Below, in pieces: positions 9,521 through 17,427 of a stretch of DNA of 27,163 nucleotides. The notes beneath the pieces are model-generated. The model saw only the letters and a program-made list of their open reading frames with translations, did not search any database and was not told where the DNA came from. Source of the DNA: Candidatus Woesearchaeota archaeon (GTDB lineage: Archaea; Nanobdellota; Nanobdellia; Pacearchaeales; GW2011-AR1); the NCBI GenBank assembly GCA_964517885.1, contig CAZFCT010000001.1, positions 1 to 27,163 on the forward strand, in the 5' to 3' direction. Both the position numbers and the translations under genes were made by a program. Numbering within the stretch: position 1 is the stretch's first letter; each line of letters opens with the position of its first letter.

Positions 9521-10750
9521 ATGAAAAAAAAGATATTAGTTATTTCTCCTATTCCTTCTCATCCTCAAAATGCGGGGAATAGAATTAGAATTTATAATTT
9601 ACTTAATGAATTTAAAAAAAAAGGGTGTGAGATTCACTTTTTATTTTGTGATTTATTTTTTGATGATTCAACGTCTGGAAAAAAACCAGATTTCCATAAG
9701 ATGAAAAAAGAATGGGATAATTTTTTTTATTTTAATCCTCATAAAATTTTTTCTTGTAAATATAATCTTTTTTTAGGAAATGTTGGGAAATTTTTAAAAA
9801 AGAAAATTCCTTTTTTATATTTTTTATTAAAACCCTTTTTTCCAAATAAAAATCTTAATAAAATTCTTTCAGATAGGTATAAAGGATTAGATTCTTTTTT
9901 TCCAGATATTTTAGAAAAAAAATTATTTTCCATTCTTAAAAAAGAAAAATATGATATTGTTTTAGCAGAATATGTTATTATGTCAAAAGCATTTGAAAAT
10001 GTTCCAAAATATACGCTTAAAATTATAGACACTCACGATACTTTTTCTGATGGAACTAACCAATCTATGTCTCTTTCTTTAATTGAGGAAGCAAAGGGGT
10101 TAAGTCGGGCAGATATTGTTCTTGCTATACAGAATAAAGAAAAAAAATATTTTGAAGAAATTCTTAAAAAAAATGGAAAAAATAAATTACCCAAGGTAAT
10201 TGAAGTCGGACATTCAACTAATCTTCAGGAATTTAGAGAAAAAAGATTAGATAAAAATCTTTTATTTGTTGGAGCAGGTATTCATCAAAATATTGAAGGA
10301 ATAAATTTTTTTATAAAACAAGTTTTACCTTTGCTAAAAAAAGATATTCCCAATATAAAATTAAAAGTTGTAGGAAATGTTTGTAAGGAAATTGATTCTT
10401 CTGAATGTGAAAAATTGGGCGTTGTTGATGATTTAAAAAATGTTTATGAAAAATCAGATTTAGTCATTGCCCCTATTTTTTTGGGTTCTGGTTTGAAAAT
10501 AAAATTAATAGAAAGTTTGTCTTATAATCTTCCGGTGATATGTACTTCTCATGTTGTATCTCCATTAGAATCTTTATCTAAAATTAAGAATTCTCCCCTT
10601 CTTGTTGCAGATACTCCTCAGGAATTTGTTAATCAAATTAAGAAACTTTTTGAAGATGGAAATTATGAAAAAAGAAGAAAAAATGCGCATCTTTTTATAA
10701 AAAAGTATAATAAAAAAATAGATAAAAAAATTGAAGATATCTTAAATTAG
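9521..10750 (+). CDS. GT4-like (GT-B) glycosyltransferase
   Basis: SPIPSHPQNAGNRIRIYNLL, IDTHD, FVGAGIHQNIEG and GSGLKIKLIESLSYNLPVI. Confidence 0.85.
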   Translation: MKKKILVISPIPSHPQNAGNRIRIYNLLNEFKKKGCEIHFLFCDLFFDDSTSGKKPDFHKMKKEWDNFFYFNPHKIFSCKYNLFLGNVGKFLKKKIPFLYFLLKPFFPNKNLNKILSDRYKGLDSFFPDILEKKLFSILKKEKYDIVLAEYVIMSKAFENVPKYTLKIIDTHDTFSDGTNQSMSLSLIEEAKGLSRADIVLAIQNKEKKYFEEILKKNGKNKLPKVIEVGHSTNLQEFREKRLDKNLLFVGAGIHQNIEGINFFIKQVLPLLKKDIPNIKLKVVGNVCKEIDSSECEKLGVVDDLKNVYEKSDLVIAPIFLGSGLKIKLIESLSYNLPVICTSHVVSPLESLSKIKNSPLLVADTPQEFVNQIKKLFEDGNYEKRRKNAHLFIKKYNKKIDKKIEDILN

Positions 10751-10931
10751 GAAAATAGGAAAAGATATTGAAAAAATTATGAATCTCTTCTTCTTGTGTG
10801 TAATAATCTCAACAATTAAATTATTTTGATCTATTTTTTAAGAAGTTATTTTTTTGAGCATATTATAAAATTGGGGTAAAAATTAATTTAATTATCTAAA
10901 TTCTTAAAAAGCTAAATAATTATATTTTTTT

Positions 10932-12770
10932 ATGCAACAATTTTTGCTTAAACTTGCAGGAACTTTTTTTTTCTTTATTCCGGGATCTCTTTTAACAAGA
11001 ATTCTTTTCAAAAAAACTACTTTATCTGAATTTCTTTCGTATTCTGTTATTCTTTCTTTTTTTGTTTCCACTATTCTTTCTCTTTGTTTATTTAAGATTG
11101 GGATTTTTAGTTCCTTTTCTTTGTTTATCTCAATTGTAATTTTATCTGTAATTTTTTTATTAGTAATTTTTCTAAAAAGAAAAAAATTTACTCTTTTATA
11201 TGGTAAGAAAATTTTTTGGTTAATTTTTTTATTTGCGGTTTTGGGAACTTTGTGGAGATGGTTTTTTAGATTAAAAACTAATCTTTGGGGAGATGGAATT
11301 ACAAGTCATATAAATTCTGTTGTAACTCAAAATTTATTTTACAATGGAGTAAGTAATTTTACTATTCCGGATGTAGGGTTTTATACGGGCATGATGGTAG
11401 ACCATTCTAAACTTTTTGCAGGAGGATTGGCAAGTAATTTTTATTCTATGATTAGTCTAACTGGTTTTTTTGAAACTTTTTTGGCAGTTTTTATTTTATC
11501 TTTTTTTACATATAAAGTAATTTATTTATATAGAAAAAATAATTCTCTTGCTTTTTTTGGTGCATTTATTGTTGCTGTTATTGGTCCTGTGGAAATTTGG
11601 CAAAATACATTTACTTTTCTTGGAGGAGATTTGGTTTATGTTGGATTAATTTCTTTATTTATTCTTTATCTTGAAAAAGAAAAATCTTTCTTCTATTTCT
11701 GTTTGATAATTGCATCAATATTATCTCTTAGTTATTATACTGCTGGGATTGTTTTAATTTTAACTTCTTTTGGTTTTTTGGTTTCTTTTTTTATTAAAGG
11801 ATTTCTAGAAAATAAGAAGAAATCTTTTTCTGAAAAGATTAAAATTATTATCAATGAAAAGAAGTTCAAAGAATATTTTTTAATTTTAATCTTGGTTTTA
11901 TTTTTGTTTTTTATATTTGCTGGGGAGTCTTTAATAACCCATGCTGAAAATACTGCTGTTTCTGCAGCACAAAATGCATATTCTTCTTCTTTGTCTCTTT
12001 TTATTAATTCTTCTAATTTCGGATTTGTAAGTAATCAAATTACTCCTTCTCCTGTTCGCCCTTATGTTAATTATTATAAATTTCTAAGAATTTCCCCTCT
12101 TAATTGGCAAAATTTAATTATCCTTTTAATGGGATTTACTTTTTTACTTAAATTATGTTTGGATGTGAATAAATTCAAGAAAATTCCAGAAGAAGATAAA
12201 TCTCTTCTTGTTTCAATGTTACCTGCTTACATTCTTGCTATGGCTTTTGGATTGGTTCATTATGAACAAAGATCTTTTTCTTATCTACTTTTCTTTATAA
12301 TTTTAATAGTGAAAATTCCAAAAAAGTTTTTTTATTTTTTTGTAATTTTTTCTGTTTTATTCTTTTTTACTACGGGTTATTTTAATAATATGGAACGAAT
12401 TATTTTTTATGATAATTCTGAGGGAGAAATAGGGGGAGCTTTGTGGATTTCTCAAAATTTGAATGGGAAAATTTTAAGTGATGAAAAATTTATCAGTTTG
12501 TTAATTAATGACAAATATTATAATGTTACTGGTTTTCCAGATGATTCTCTTTTTACTGACCCTATTTTTTATTCAATTGATTTAAATAAAACACTAAATG
12601 CTCTTGAATCTCTGAATGTGACTTATTTTGTTTCTACAAACCGGATGAGAGAAAAATATATTTTAATGTTAAACTTTCCTCAACAACCAATGAGTTCTAG
12701 TTTTTTATATTCTGAGAATTTTAATTTGATTTATAATAATTCTGATGTGGAAGTTTATTTTATTAAATAG
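10932..12770 (+). CDS. Large polytopic membrane protein, putative GT-C-like glycosylation protein
   Basis: About 13-14 TM segments. Extracellular loop after WGDGITSH. C-terminal soluble domain (GALWISQNL...SDEK) of the kind seen in archaeal GT-C-like proteins. Last gene of the glycosylation cluster. Confidence 0.5.
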   Translation: MQQFLLKLAGTFFFFIPGSLLTRILFKKTTLSEFLSYSVILSFFVSTILSLCLFKIGIFSSFSLFISIVILSVIFLLVIFLKRKKFTLLYGKKIFWLIFLFAVLGTLWRWFFRLKTNLWGDGITSHINSVVTQNLFYNGVSNFTIPDVGFYTGMMVDHSKLFAGGLASNFYSMISLTGFFETFLAVFILSFFTYKVIYLYRKNNSLAFFGAFIVAVIGPVEIWQNTFTFLGGDLVYVGLISLFILYLEKEKSFFYFCLIIASILSLSYYTAGIVLILTSFGFLVSFFIKGFLENKKKSFSEKIKIIINEKKFKEYFLILILVLFLFFIFAGESLITHAENTAVSAAQNAYSSSLSLFINSSNFGFVSNQITPSPVRPYVNYYKFLRISPLNWQNLIILLMGFTFLLKLCLDVNKFKKIPEEDKSLLVSMLPAYILAMAFGLVHYEQRSFSYLLFFIILIVKIPKKFFYFFVIFSVLFFFTTGYFNNMERIIFYDNSEGEIGGALWISQNLNGKILSDEKFISLLINDKYYNVTGFPDDSLFTDPIFYSIDLNKTLNALESLNVTYFVSTNRMREKYILMLNFPQQPMSSSFLYSENFNLIYNNSDVEVYFIK

Positions 12771-12773
12771 ATT

Positions 12774-13880
12774 TTATAATCCTAATTTTTCTAAAAATTT
12801 TTCTTTGTTAAAAGGTTCTATTTTATCATATGCTTGTCCTGTTCCTAAATAAAGGATTGGTTTTTTTGTGACATAACCGACTGAAAGTGCTGTTCCGCCT
12901 TTCTCGTCGATATCTGCTTTTGTTAAGACAATTCCGTCGATTCCGATTGTTTCATCAAAACTTCTGACTTGTTCGACTGCGTCGTTTCCTGTTATTGATT
13001 CTCCTACAAATATCTTTCTGTTTGGTTTACAAACTCTGACGATTTTTTCTATTTCTTTTAATAAATTTTTTTGTGTGTGCATTCTTCCTGCGGTGTCAAT
13101 TAAAACGCAGTTGATATTATTTTTTTCTGCGAATTTTATTGCGTCAAAACCAACTGATGCGGGGTCTGAACCATACTCGTGAGAAATTACTTTCACGCCG
13201 ATTTTTTCCCCGTGTTCTTCTAACTGTTGAATTGCTGCTGCTCTAAAAGTGTCGCCTGCAGCTAGGACACAAGATAATTTTTTGCTCTTCAAATGTTCTG
13301 CAATTTTTGCAATAGTTGTTGTTTTTCCTGTTCCATTAATTCCACAAAATAAAATTACATAAGGTTTTTTTTCAATCAAATTACTTTCTTTAATTTCTTC
13401 AATTAAATCTAAAGGCGAGATTAAAATTTCACGAATTATATCTTTAAAAGAATCTTTGATTTCTTCTTCAACTTCTTTTTTTAAAAGTTCTTTTCCTACA
13501 ATTTTTTCTTTCAGTTCTTTCACAATTTTTTCAGCAACTTCCAAAGCCACATTGTTCTCAAGCAAAAGCATTTCAAGTTCTTCGCTGTAAATCTCAAATT
13601 CCTTTTCAGAAATTTTTACTTTATTTAATTTAGAACCTATTTTCTTAAAAAAAGATTTTTTTTCTGTAACTTCTTCTAACTCTTCTAAATCTGGTTCAAA
13701 TTTTTGTGTTCCAACATTGAATTTTTCTTTAAGTTTGATTTCTTTCTCTTTTTTTGGCTTTTCTTTTTTTATTTTATTCTTCTTTATTTCTTTTTCAATT
13801 TCTTCTTTGGGAACTTCTTCTGCTTTTTTAACTAAATTTTTTGTCCAGTTTTGAAGTTTTTCTTTTAATTTTCCAAACAT
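12774..13880 (-). CDS. ftsY: Signal recognition particle receptor FtsY
   Basis: GINGTGKTTT, DTFRAAA, DTAGR, TKAD and GTGQ; charged N-terminal extension. Confidence 0.97.
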   Translation of the reverse strand: MFGKLKEKLQNWTKNLVKKAEEVPKEEIEKEIKKNKIKKEKPKKEKEIKLKEKFNVGTQKFEPDLEELEEVTEKKSFFKKIGSKLNKVKISEKEFEIYSEELEMLLLENNVALEVAEKIVKELKEKIVGKELLKKEVEEEIKDSFKDIIREILISPLDLIEEIKESNLIEKKPYVILFCGINGTGKTTTIAKIAEHLKSKKLSCVLAAGDTFRAAAIQQLEEHGEKIGVKVISHEYGSDPASVGFDAIKFAEKNNINCVLIDTAGRMHTQKNLLKEIEKIVRVCKPNRKIFVGESITGNDAVEQVRSFDETIGIDGIVLTKADIDEKGGTALSVGYVTKKPILYLGTGQAYDKIEPFNKEKFLEKLGL

Positions 13881-13973
13881 GAATTAAGAAGTTAAATTTG
13901 ATTTATATGTTTTCTCTTTACTTTACATACATAAATTTTTATAAAGATTAATTCCTATTATTTATAGAGGAAA

Positions 13974-15215
13974 ATGAAGGGGATATTTGTTATTGTTGAC
14001 GGAATGGGTGATTTGCCGAATAAGCAACTTGGAGAGAAAACTCCTCTTGAGGCGGCTCAAATGCCGAACGCAGATTTTTTGGCTTCACGAGGAGAAATGG
14101 GTTATATGTATTCTGTTAAACCGGGTTTTGTTCCTGAATCTGACGAAGCAATTGTTTCAATTTTTGGGAATGATTTGATTTCTTCTACAAGAGGGCAATT
14201 AGAAGCGAGAGGGACAAATATTAAATTAGTTAGAGGAGATTTGGCTTGGAGAGTGAATTTTGCGACTATAGATTCTTATGAGAATGAGAACATTTTAGAT
14301 AGACGGGCTGGGAGAAATTTACAAACTTGGGAAGCAGAAGCACTTGCTAAATCTTTGAATAACATTAAACTTGCTGTTCCTTTTATTTTCAAAGCAACTT
14401 TGGGACATAGAGGGGTTTTAATTTTTAAGGGTGGATTTTCTGATAATCTTTCTGGAAATGATTTAGTTTATAGTGGGGGAAAAAGTTTGATTCATGATAA
14501 AATTTCTTCTGTTAAACCTCTTGATGAAGAAGAAAACACTCAGTATTCTGCGAATGTTGTTAATGATTTTTTGGAGAAAGCGTTTGAGGTTTTAGATAAG
14601 CATCCAATTAATGAGGCGAGAAGAAAAAAGGGGCTTTTGCCTGCAAATTTTTTATTAATTCGTGGTGCTGGTGTTGAAGTTCCTAAATTGAAATATTACA
14701 AGAAGTGGATGTCTGTTAATTATATGCCCTTGGAAAAAGGTTTTGCGAAAGTTTGTGGAATGACAAATTTTGCTTTTGAATATCCAAAATCAAAAGAGAT
14801 TGATTCTTATGAAAGTTTGTGGGCTGGTTTGAAAAAAGCGTGTCGTTTTTCTGCGAAAGCGATTAAAAAAAATTATAAAAAATTTGATTATGCTTATGTT
14901 CATTTGAAAGAAACAGATTTGCCTGGGCACGATAATAAACCTTTTGTTAAAAAAGAAATGCTTGAATATATTGATAAAACTTTTTTTAATTTTTTGAGAA
15001 AGTTTTGCCCTCCGAATAAAATAAAAGTTGCAATTACTGCAGATCATTCAACTCCTTGTAAATTGAAAGCTCATTCTGCAGATCCTGTTCCTGTTTTGCT
15101 TTATAATGATTCTATTCCTAAAGAAAAAAAGTTTAATGAAAAAGAAGCGAGAAAAGGAACTCTTGGAAGAATTGATGGGAAAGAATTTTTATCTAGAGTT
15201 GGTTTTAACAAATAA
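13974..15215 (+). CDS. apgM: Archaeal 2,3-bisphosphoglycerate-independent phosphoglycerate mutase
   Basis: VIVDGMGD, KTPLEAA, SDEA, DRRAGR, HLKETDLPGHD, TADHSTP and HSADPVP. Confidence 0.9.
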   Translation: MKGIFVIVDGMGDLPNKQLGEKTPLEAAQMPNADFLASRGEMGYMYSVKPGFVPESDEAIVSIFGNDLISSTRGQLEARGTNIKLVRGDLAWRVNFATIDSYENENILDRRAGRNLQTWEAEALAKSLNNIKLAVPFIFKATLGHRGVLIFKGGFSDNLSGNDLVYSGGKSLIHDKISSVKPLDEEENTQYSANVVNDFLEKAFEVLDKHPINEARRKKGLLPANFLLIRGAGVEVPKLKYYKKWMSVNYMPLEKGFAKVCGMTNFAFEYPKSKEIDSYESLWAGLKKACRFSAKAIKKNYKKFDYAYVHLKETDLPGHDNKPFVKKEMLEYIDKTFFNFLRKFCPPNKIKVAITADHSTPCKLKAHSADPVPVLLYNDSIPKEKKFNEKEARKGTLGRIDGKEFLSRVGFNK

Positions 15216-15305
15216 AATTAACTGCGGGTTTTTATGATGCAACCTGATAGAACTCAAATTTTACTACACAATAATTCTTAAAAACAGGTGATTTATACTT
15301 TAAGT

Positions 15306-15860
15306 ATGATAACTTATAATGATATTTATGAAGCGTCTAGAAAAGAGAGATATTCTGACCAACTTCAACCTTTACCGAAGAATTTTATTACAGAAGTTTC
15401 TGATTATCTTAAAGAGAAAAAGGAAATTGCGTCGAAGGATAATGATGTTTTTTCTGATGTTATTGTAAAAACAAAGAAACAATTAGAGAATGCGATTACG
15501 TTGTTTAAAGAATTAATTTTAAGAAGAAAGAAAAAGATTTTGAATTTGGTTTTAATTGCTGCTGAGACTGGGATTTCTAAACAGGATTTTGATAATATGC
15601 TTGCTTTTGAAAAATTGTTGTTTGATGATTTAATGAAAGCGATTGATATTTCTGAAAAAAAACTGGGGAATTTACTTAATGGTGAAAAAGATGAAAAGAA
15701 AAATGAACTTATTGTTTTTAAGGAAAATGTTGAAGAATTTATGGGATTAAATGGGGAGAAAATGGGTCCTTTTGAAAAAGGGCAAATTGCAAATCTTCCT
15801 AGAGAAATTGTGAAAATTTTAGTCGAAAGTGGGAAAGCAGATAAAGTTGAAGGGGAATAA
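15306..15860 (+). CDS. DNA replication complex GINS family protein (Gins51-like)
   Basis: ERYSDQLQPLPKNFITEV, LILRRKKKILNL helical A domain, and C-terminal B domain GEKMGPFEKGQIANLPREIVKILVESGKA. ATG 15306 preferred over the track's GTG at 15288. Confidence 0.85.
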   Translation: MITYNDIYEASRKERYSDQLQPLPKNFITEVSDYLKEKKEIASKDNDVFSDVIVKTKKQLENAITLFKELILRRKKKILNLVLIAAETGISKQDFDNMLAFEKLLFDDLMKAIDISEKKLGNLLNGEKDEKKNELIVFKENVEEFMGLNGEKMGPFEKGQIANLPREIVKILVESGKADKVEGE

Positions 15861-15964
15861 TTTTATAACTTTCTTTTATTTATCTTAATTATGAAAACTT
15901 CACAATTAATTACAGGAATTATTTGAAAGTGGAAAAGCAGAAAAGGTGGAAGGGGAATAATTTT
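15825..15964 (+). repeat. 40-bp imperfect direct repeat of the GINS 3' end (15825-15864 and 15925-15964)
   Basis: gaaagtgggaaagcagataaagttgaaggggaataatttt vs gaaagtggaaaagcagaaaaggtggaaggggaataatttt: 36/40 identical, 100 bp apart. Confidence 0.93.
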
Positions 15965-15984
15965 CAATTACTCTCATTATAATT

Positions 15985-16135
15985 AAAAGCCTGTAGAGGG
16001 ATTTTACTCGCACCCGTAAAAATTGCAATAAACATTTTCGGCATTTTTGCAAACGCTCGCCCCCGACGAAATCCTTCTGATTTAAGCGAGTTCAAATCTT
16101 ACAAATATAATTTCACTTCGTTCAATTATATGAGA
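15985..16135 (-). repeat. tRNA-Thr-associated structured mini-element (copy A), ending in a 20-bp duplicate of the tRNA 3' end
   Basis: aaaagcctgtagagggattt at 15985-16004 equals 16136-16155. Core 16006-16059 is 46/54 identical to 18005-18058. Hairpin at 16105-16131. Confidence 0.88.
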
Positions 16136-16138
16136 AAA

Positions 16139-16210
16139 AGCCTGTAGAGGGATTTGAACCCCCGACCTCCGGTTTACAAAACCGATGCTCTGCCACTGAG
16201 CTATACAGGC
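16139..16210 (-). tRNA. trnT: tRNA-Thr(UGU)
   Basis: Cloverleaf GCCTGTA/TACAGGC, D arm GCTC/GAGC, anticodon loop TT-TGT-AA, T loop TTCAAAT, U73 discriminator (archaeal Thr type), no encoded CCA. Confidence 0.97.
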
Positions 16211-16226
16211 ATAATTATTTGATAGA

Positions 16227-16248
16227 ATTAATGGTTTAAAAGATTTCT
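16227..16248 (-). promoter_or_regulatory. BRE/TATA promoter of tRNA-Thr, exact 22-bp copy 1
   Basis: Minus strand AGAAATCTTTTAAACCATTAAT, ending 16 nt upstream of the tRNA. Identical to 16492-16513. Confidence 0.75.
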
Positions 16249-16250
16249 TA

Positions 16251-16478
16251 TTATAACTTCTCTATAAATTGTTGGGCTTCTTCGAAAAGTCTTTCCCTAT
16301 AAATTTCATCTAAGTTAACATGTTTCAAGTATAGGGTAGCAACATCACTTTCAAATAAATTTTTTAATTCCCCCACATGTTCTTCGTAATATTTTTTCAT
16401 AAATTCGGAGGTTACTCTCTCTTTTGGAATTTTTAATCTCTTAGCTATTGCTTCAGTAAGAAATTCATTTAGGTTCAT
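16251..16478 (-). CDS. Hypothetical 75-aa protein, cassette between two identical promoter copies
   Basis: Intact ORF with ATG 13 nt downstream of the promoter repeat (leaderless spacing). No recognisable motif. Confidence 0.6.
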   Translation of the reverse strand: MNLNEFLTEAIAKRLKIPKERVTSEFMKKYYEEHVGELKNLFESDVATLYLKHVNLDEIYRERLFEEAQQFIEKL

Positions 16479-16491
16479 TTTAATATTAATT

Positions 16492-16513
16492 ATTAATGGT
16501 TTAAAAGATTTCT
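16492..16513 (-). promoter_or_regulatory. BRE/TATA promoter, exact 22-bp copy 2 (drives the 75-aa ORF)
   Basis: attaatggtttaaaagatttct, identical to 16227-16248. Confidence 0.72.
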
Positions 16514-16523
16514 GATAATTTAA

Positions 16524-17057
16524 TTATTTCTTTTTTGCGTCTAAGATTCTTATCTCACAGAGGGCGAGAGGATAAATCTTTTTGAGTTTTATACTTAATT
16601 TTTTCTGTAACTGATTTTGTAAAATTTCTGAGAAAAGTTCTTCTGCGTTTTTTGTTTTAACATATTCTAAAAGTTCTTTTTTTGCTTCGTTTCTCAAAGC
16701 TTTTCTAACTGCTCTTGAAACTTTTCTTCTTGTAACTAAGAAAGGTTTTATTTTCAAATAAGCATCTTTACATTCTGTATCAAAAGAATCTTCGACATAA
16801 TTTGTTCCTTTTCGAACCATTCTTCTAATAAAATAAGGCATTACTTCGAGTTTTTTTGGTATTGTTGTTGCTTTTTTGTCTTCAACTTTTACATTTAATG
16901 TAAGCATAACACTTTTTCCTTTCAAGGCCCTTGTTAAATCATATTTCATAAATCTATTATTGAGTTCTTCGATTTCGTAAGCTTGCATTTGTGTTTCTTT
17001 TCCAATTATTGGAATTTCCACTTCAAAAAATTTCTTTTTTCTTTTTGCTTGTGCCAT
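16524..17057 (-). CDS. rps3ae: 30S ribosomal protein eS1 (S3Ae)
   Basis: YFIRRMVRKGTNYVEDSF, KIKPFLVTRRKVSRAVRKALR and KKIYPLALCEIR. Confidence 0.93.
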   Translation of the reverse strand: MAQAKRKKKFFEVEIPIIGKETQMQAYEIEELNNRFMKYDLTRALKGKSVMLTLNVKVEDKKATTIPKKLEVMPYFIRRMVRKGTNYVEDSFDTECKDAYLKIKPFLVTRRKVSRAVRKALRNEAKKELLEYVKTKNAEELFSEILQNQLQKKLSIKLKKIYPLALCEIRILDAKKK

Positions 17058-17058
17058 T

Positions 17059-17367
17059 TTATTCTTGTATTATCTTGCCAACTCTTCTTCCCTTTTTCTG
17101 GTATTTAGATTTTTTGCAAGTTAAGCATGTATACATTATGTTTGTTTTTTTATTTGTTTTAGTTTTTCTTTTGAATTTTGAAACTGCGGGTTTACTCCAT
17201 CTTCCTAAATTTCCAATTCCTCTGTTTTTTCCTCTAAGTTTTGCCCTTTGTTTTGAACCTCTCTTTAGGGCTCCTCTCTTTGCTCCTGTAGAAACTAATT
17301 TGATTTTCTGTTCTGTTTTTTTCTTACAATAAGGACAATATCTTTTTGTCGTTTTAGGAATTTTCAT
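17059..17367 (-). CDS. rpl44e: 50S ribosomal protein eL42 (L44e)
   Basis: True start MKIPKTTKRYCPYCKKKT at 17367 (the track extends it upstream). Zn ribbon CxxC...CxxC (YTCLTCKK). BRE/TATA-like AAAAACTTTTTAAACC upstream. Confidence 0.92.
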   Translation of the reverse strand: MKIPKTTKRYCPYCKKKTEQKIKLVSTGAKRGALKRGSKQRAKLRGKNRGIGNLGRWSKPAVSKFKRKTKTNKKTNIMYTCLTCKKSKYQKKGRRVGKIIQE

Positions 17368-17427
17368 AAAATTGGTTGTTAAAATCGGTTTAAAAAGTTT
17401 TTTATACTGCAGTCCCGCAGTTAATTT

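Noticed and set aside
10751-10931. Possible pseudogene on the minus strand of the 180-bp gap (MLKKITS*KIDQNNLIVEIITHKKKRFIIF...)
   Set aside because: It is short, interrupted by a stop and has no recognisable motif. It is compatible with random AT-rich sequence plus the promoter of the downstream gene.
13621-13860. Lys/Glu-rich low-complexity stretch in the FtsY N-terminus as a repeat element
   Set aside because: A charged N-terminal A-domain is a normal FtsY feature, and I saw no discrete nucleotide repeat unit.
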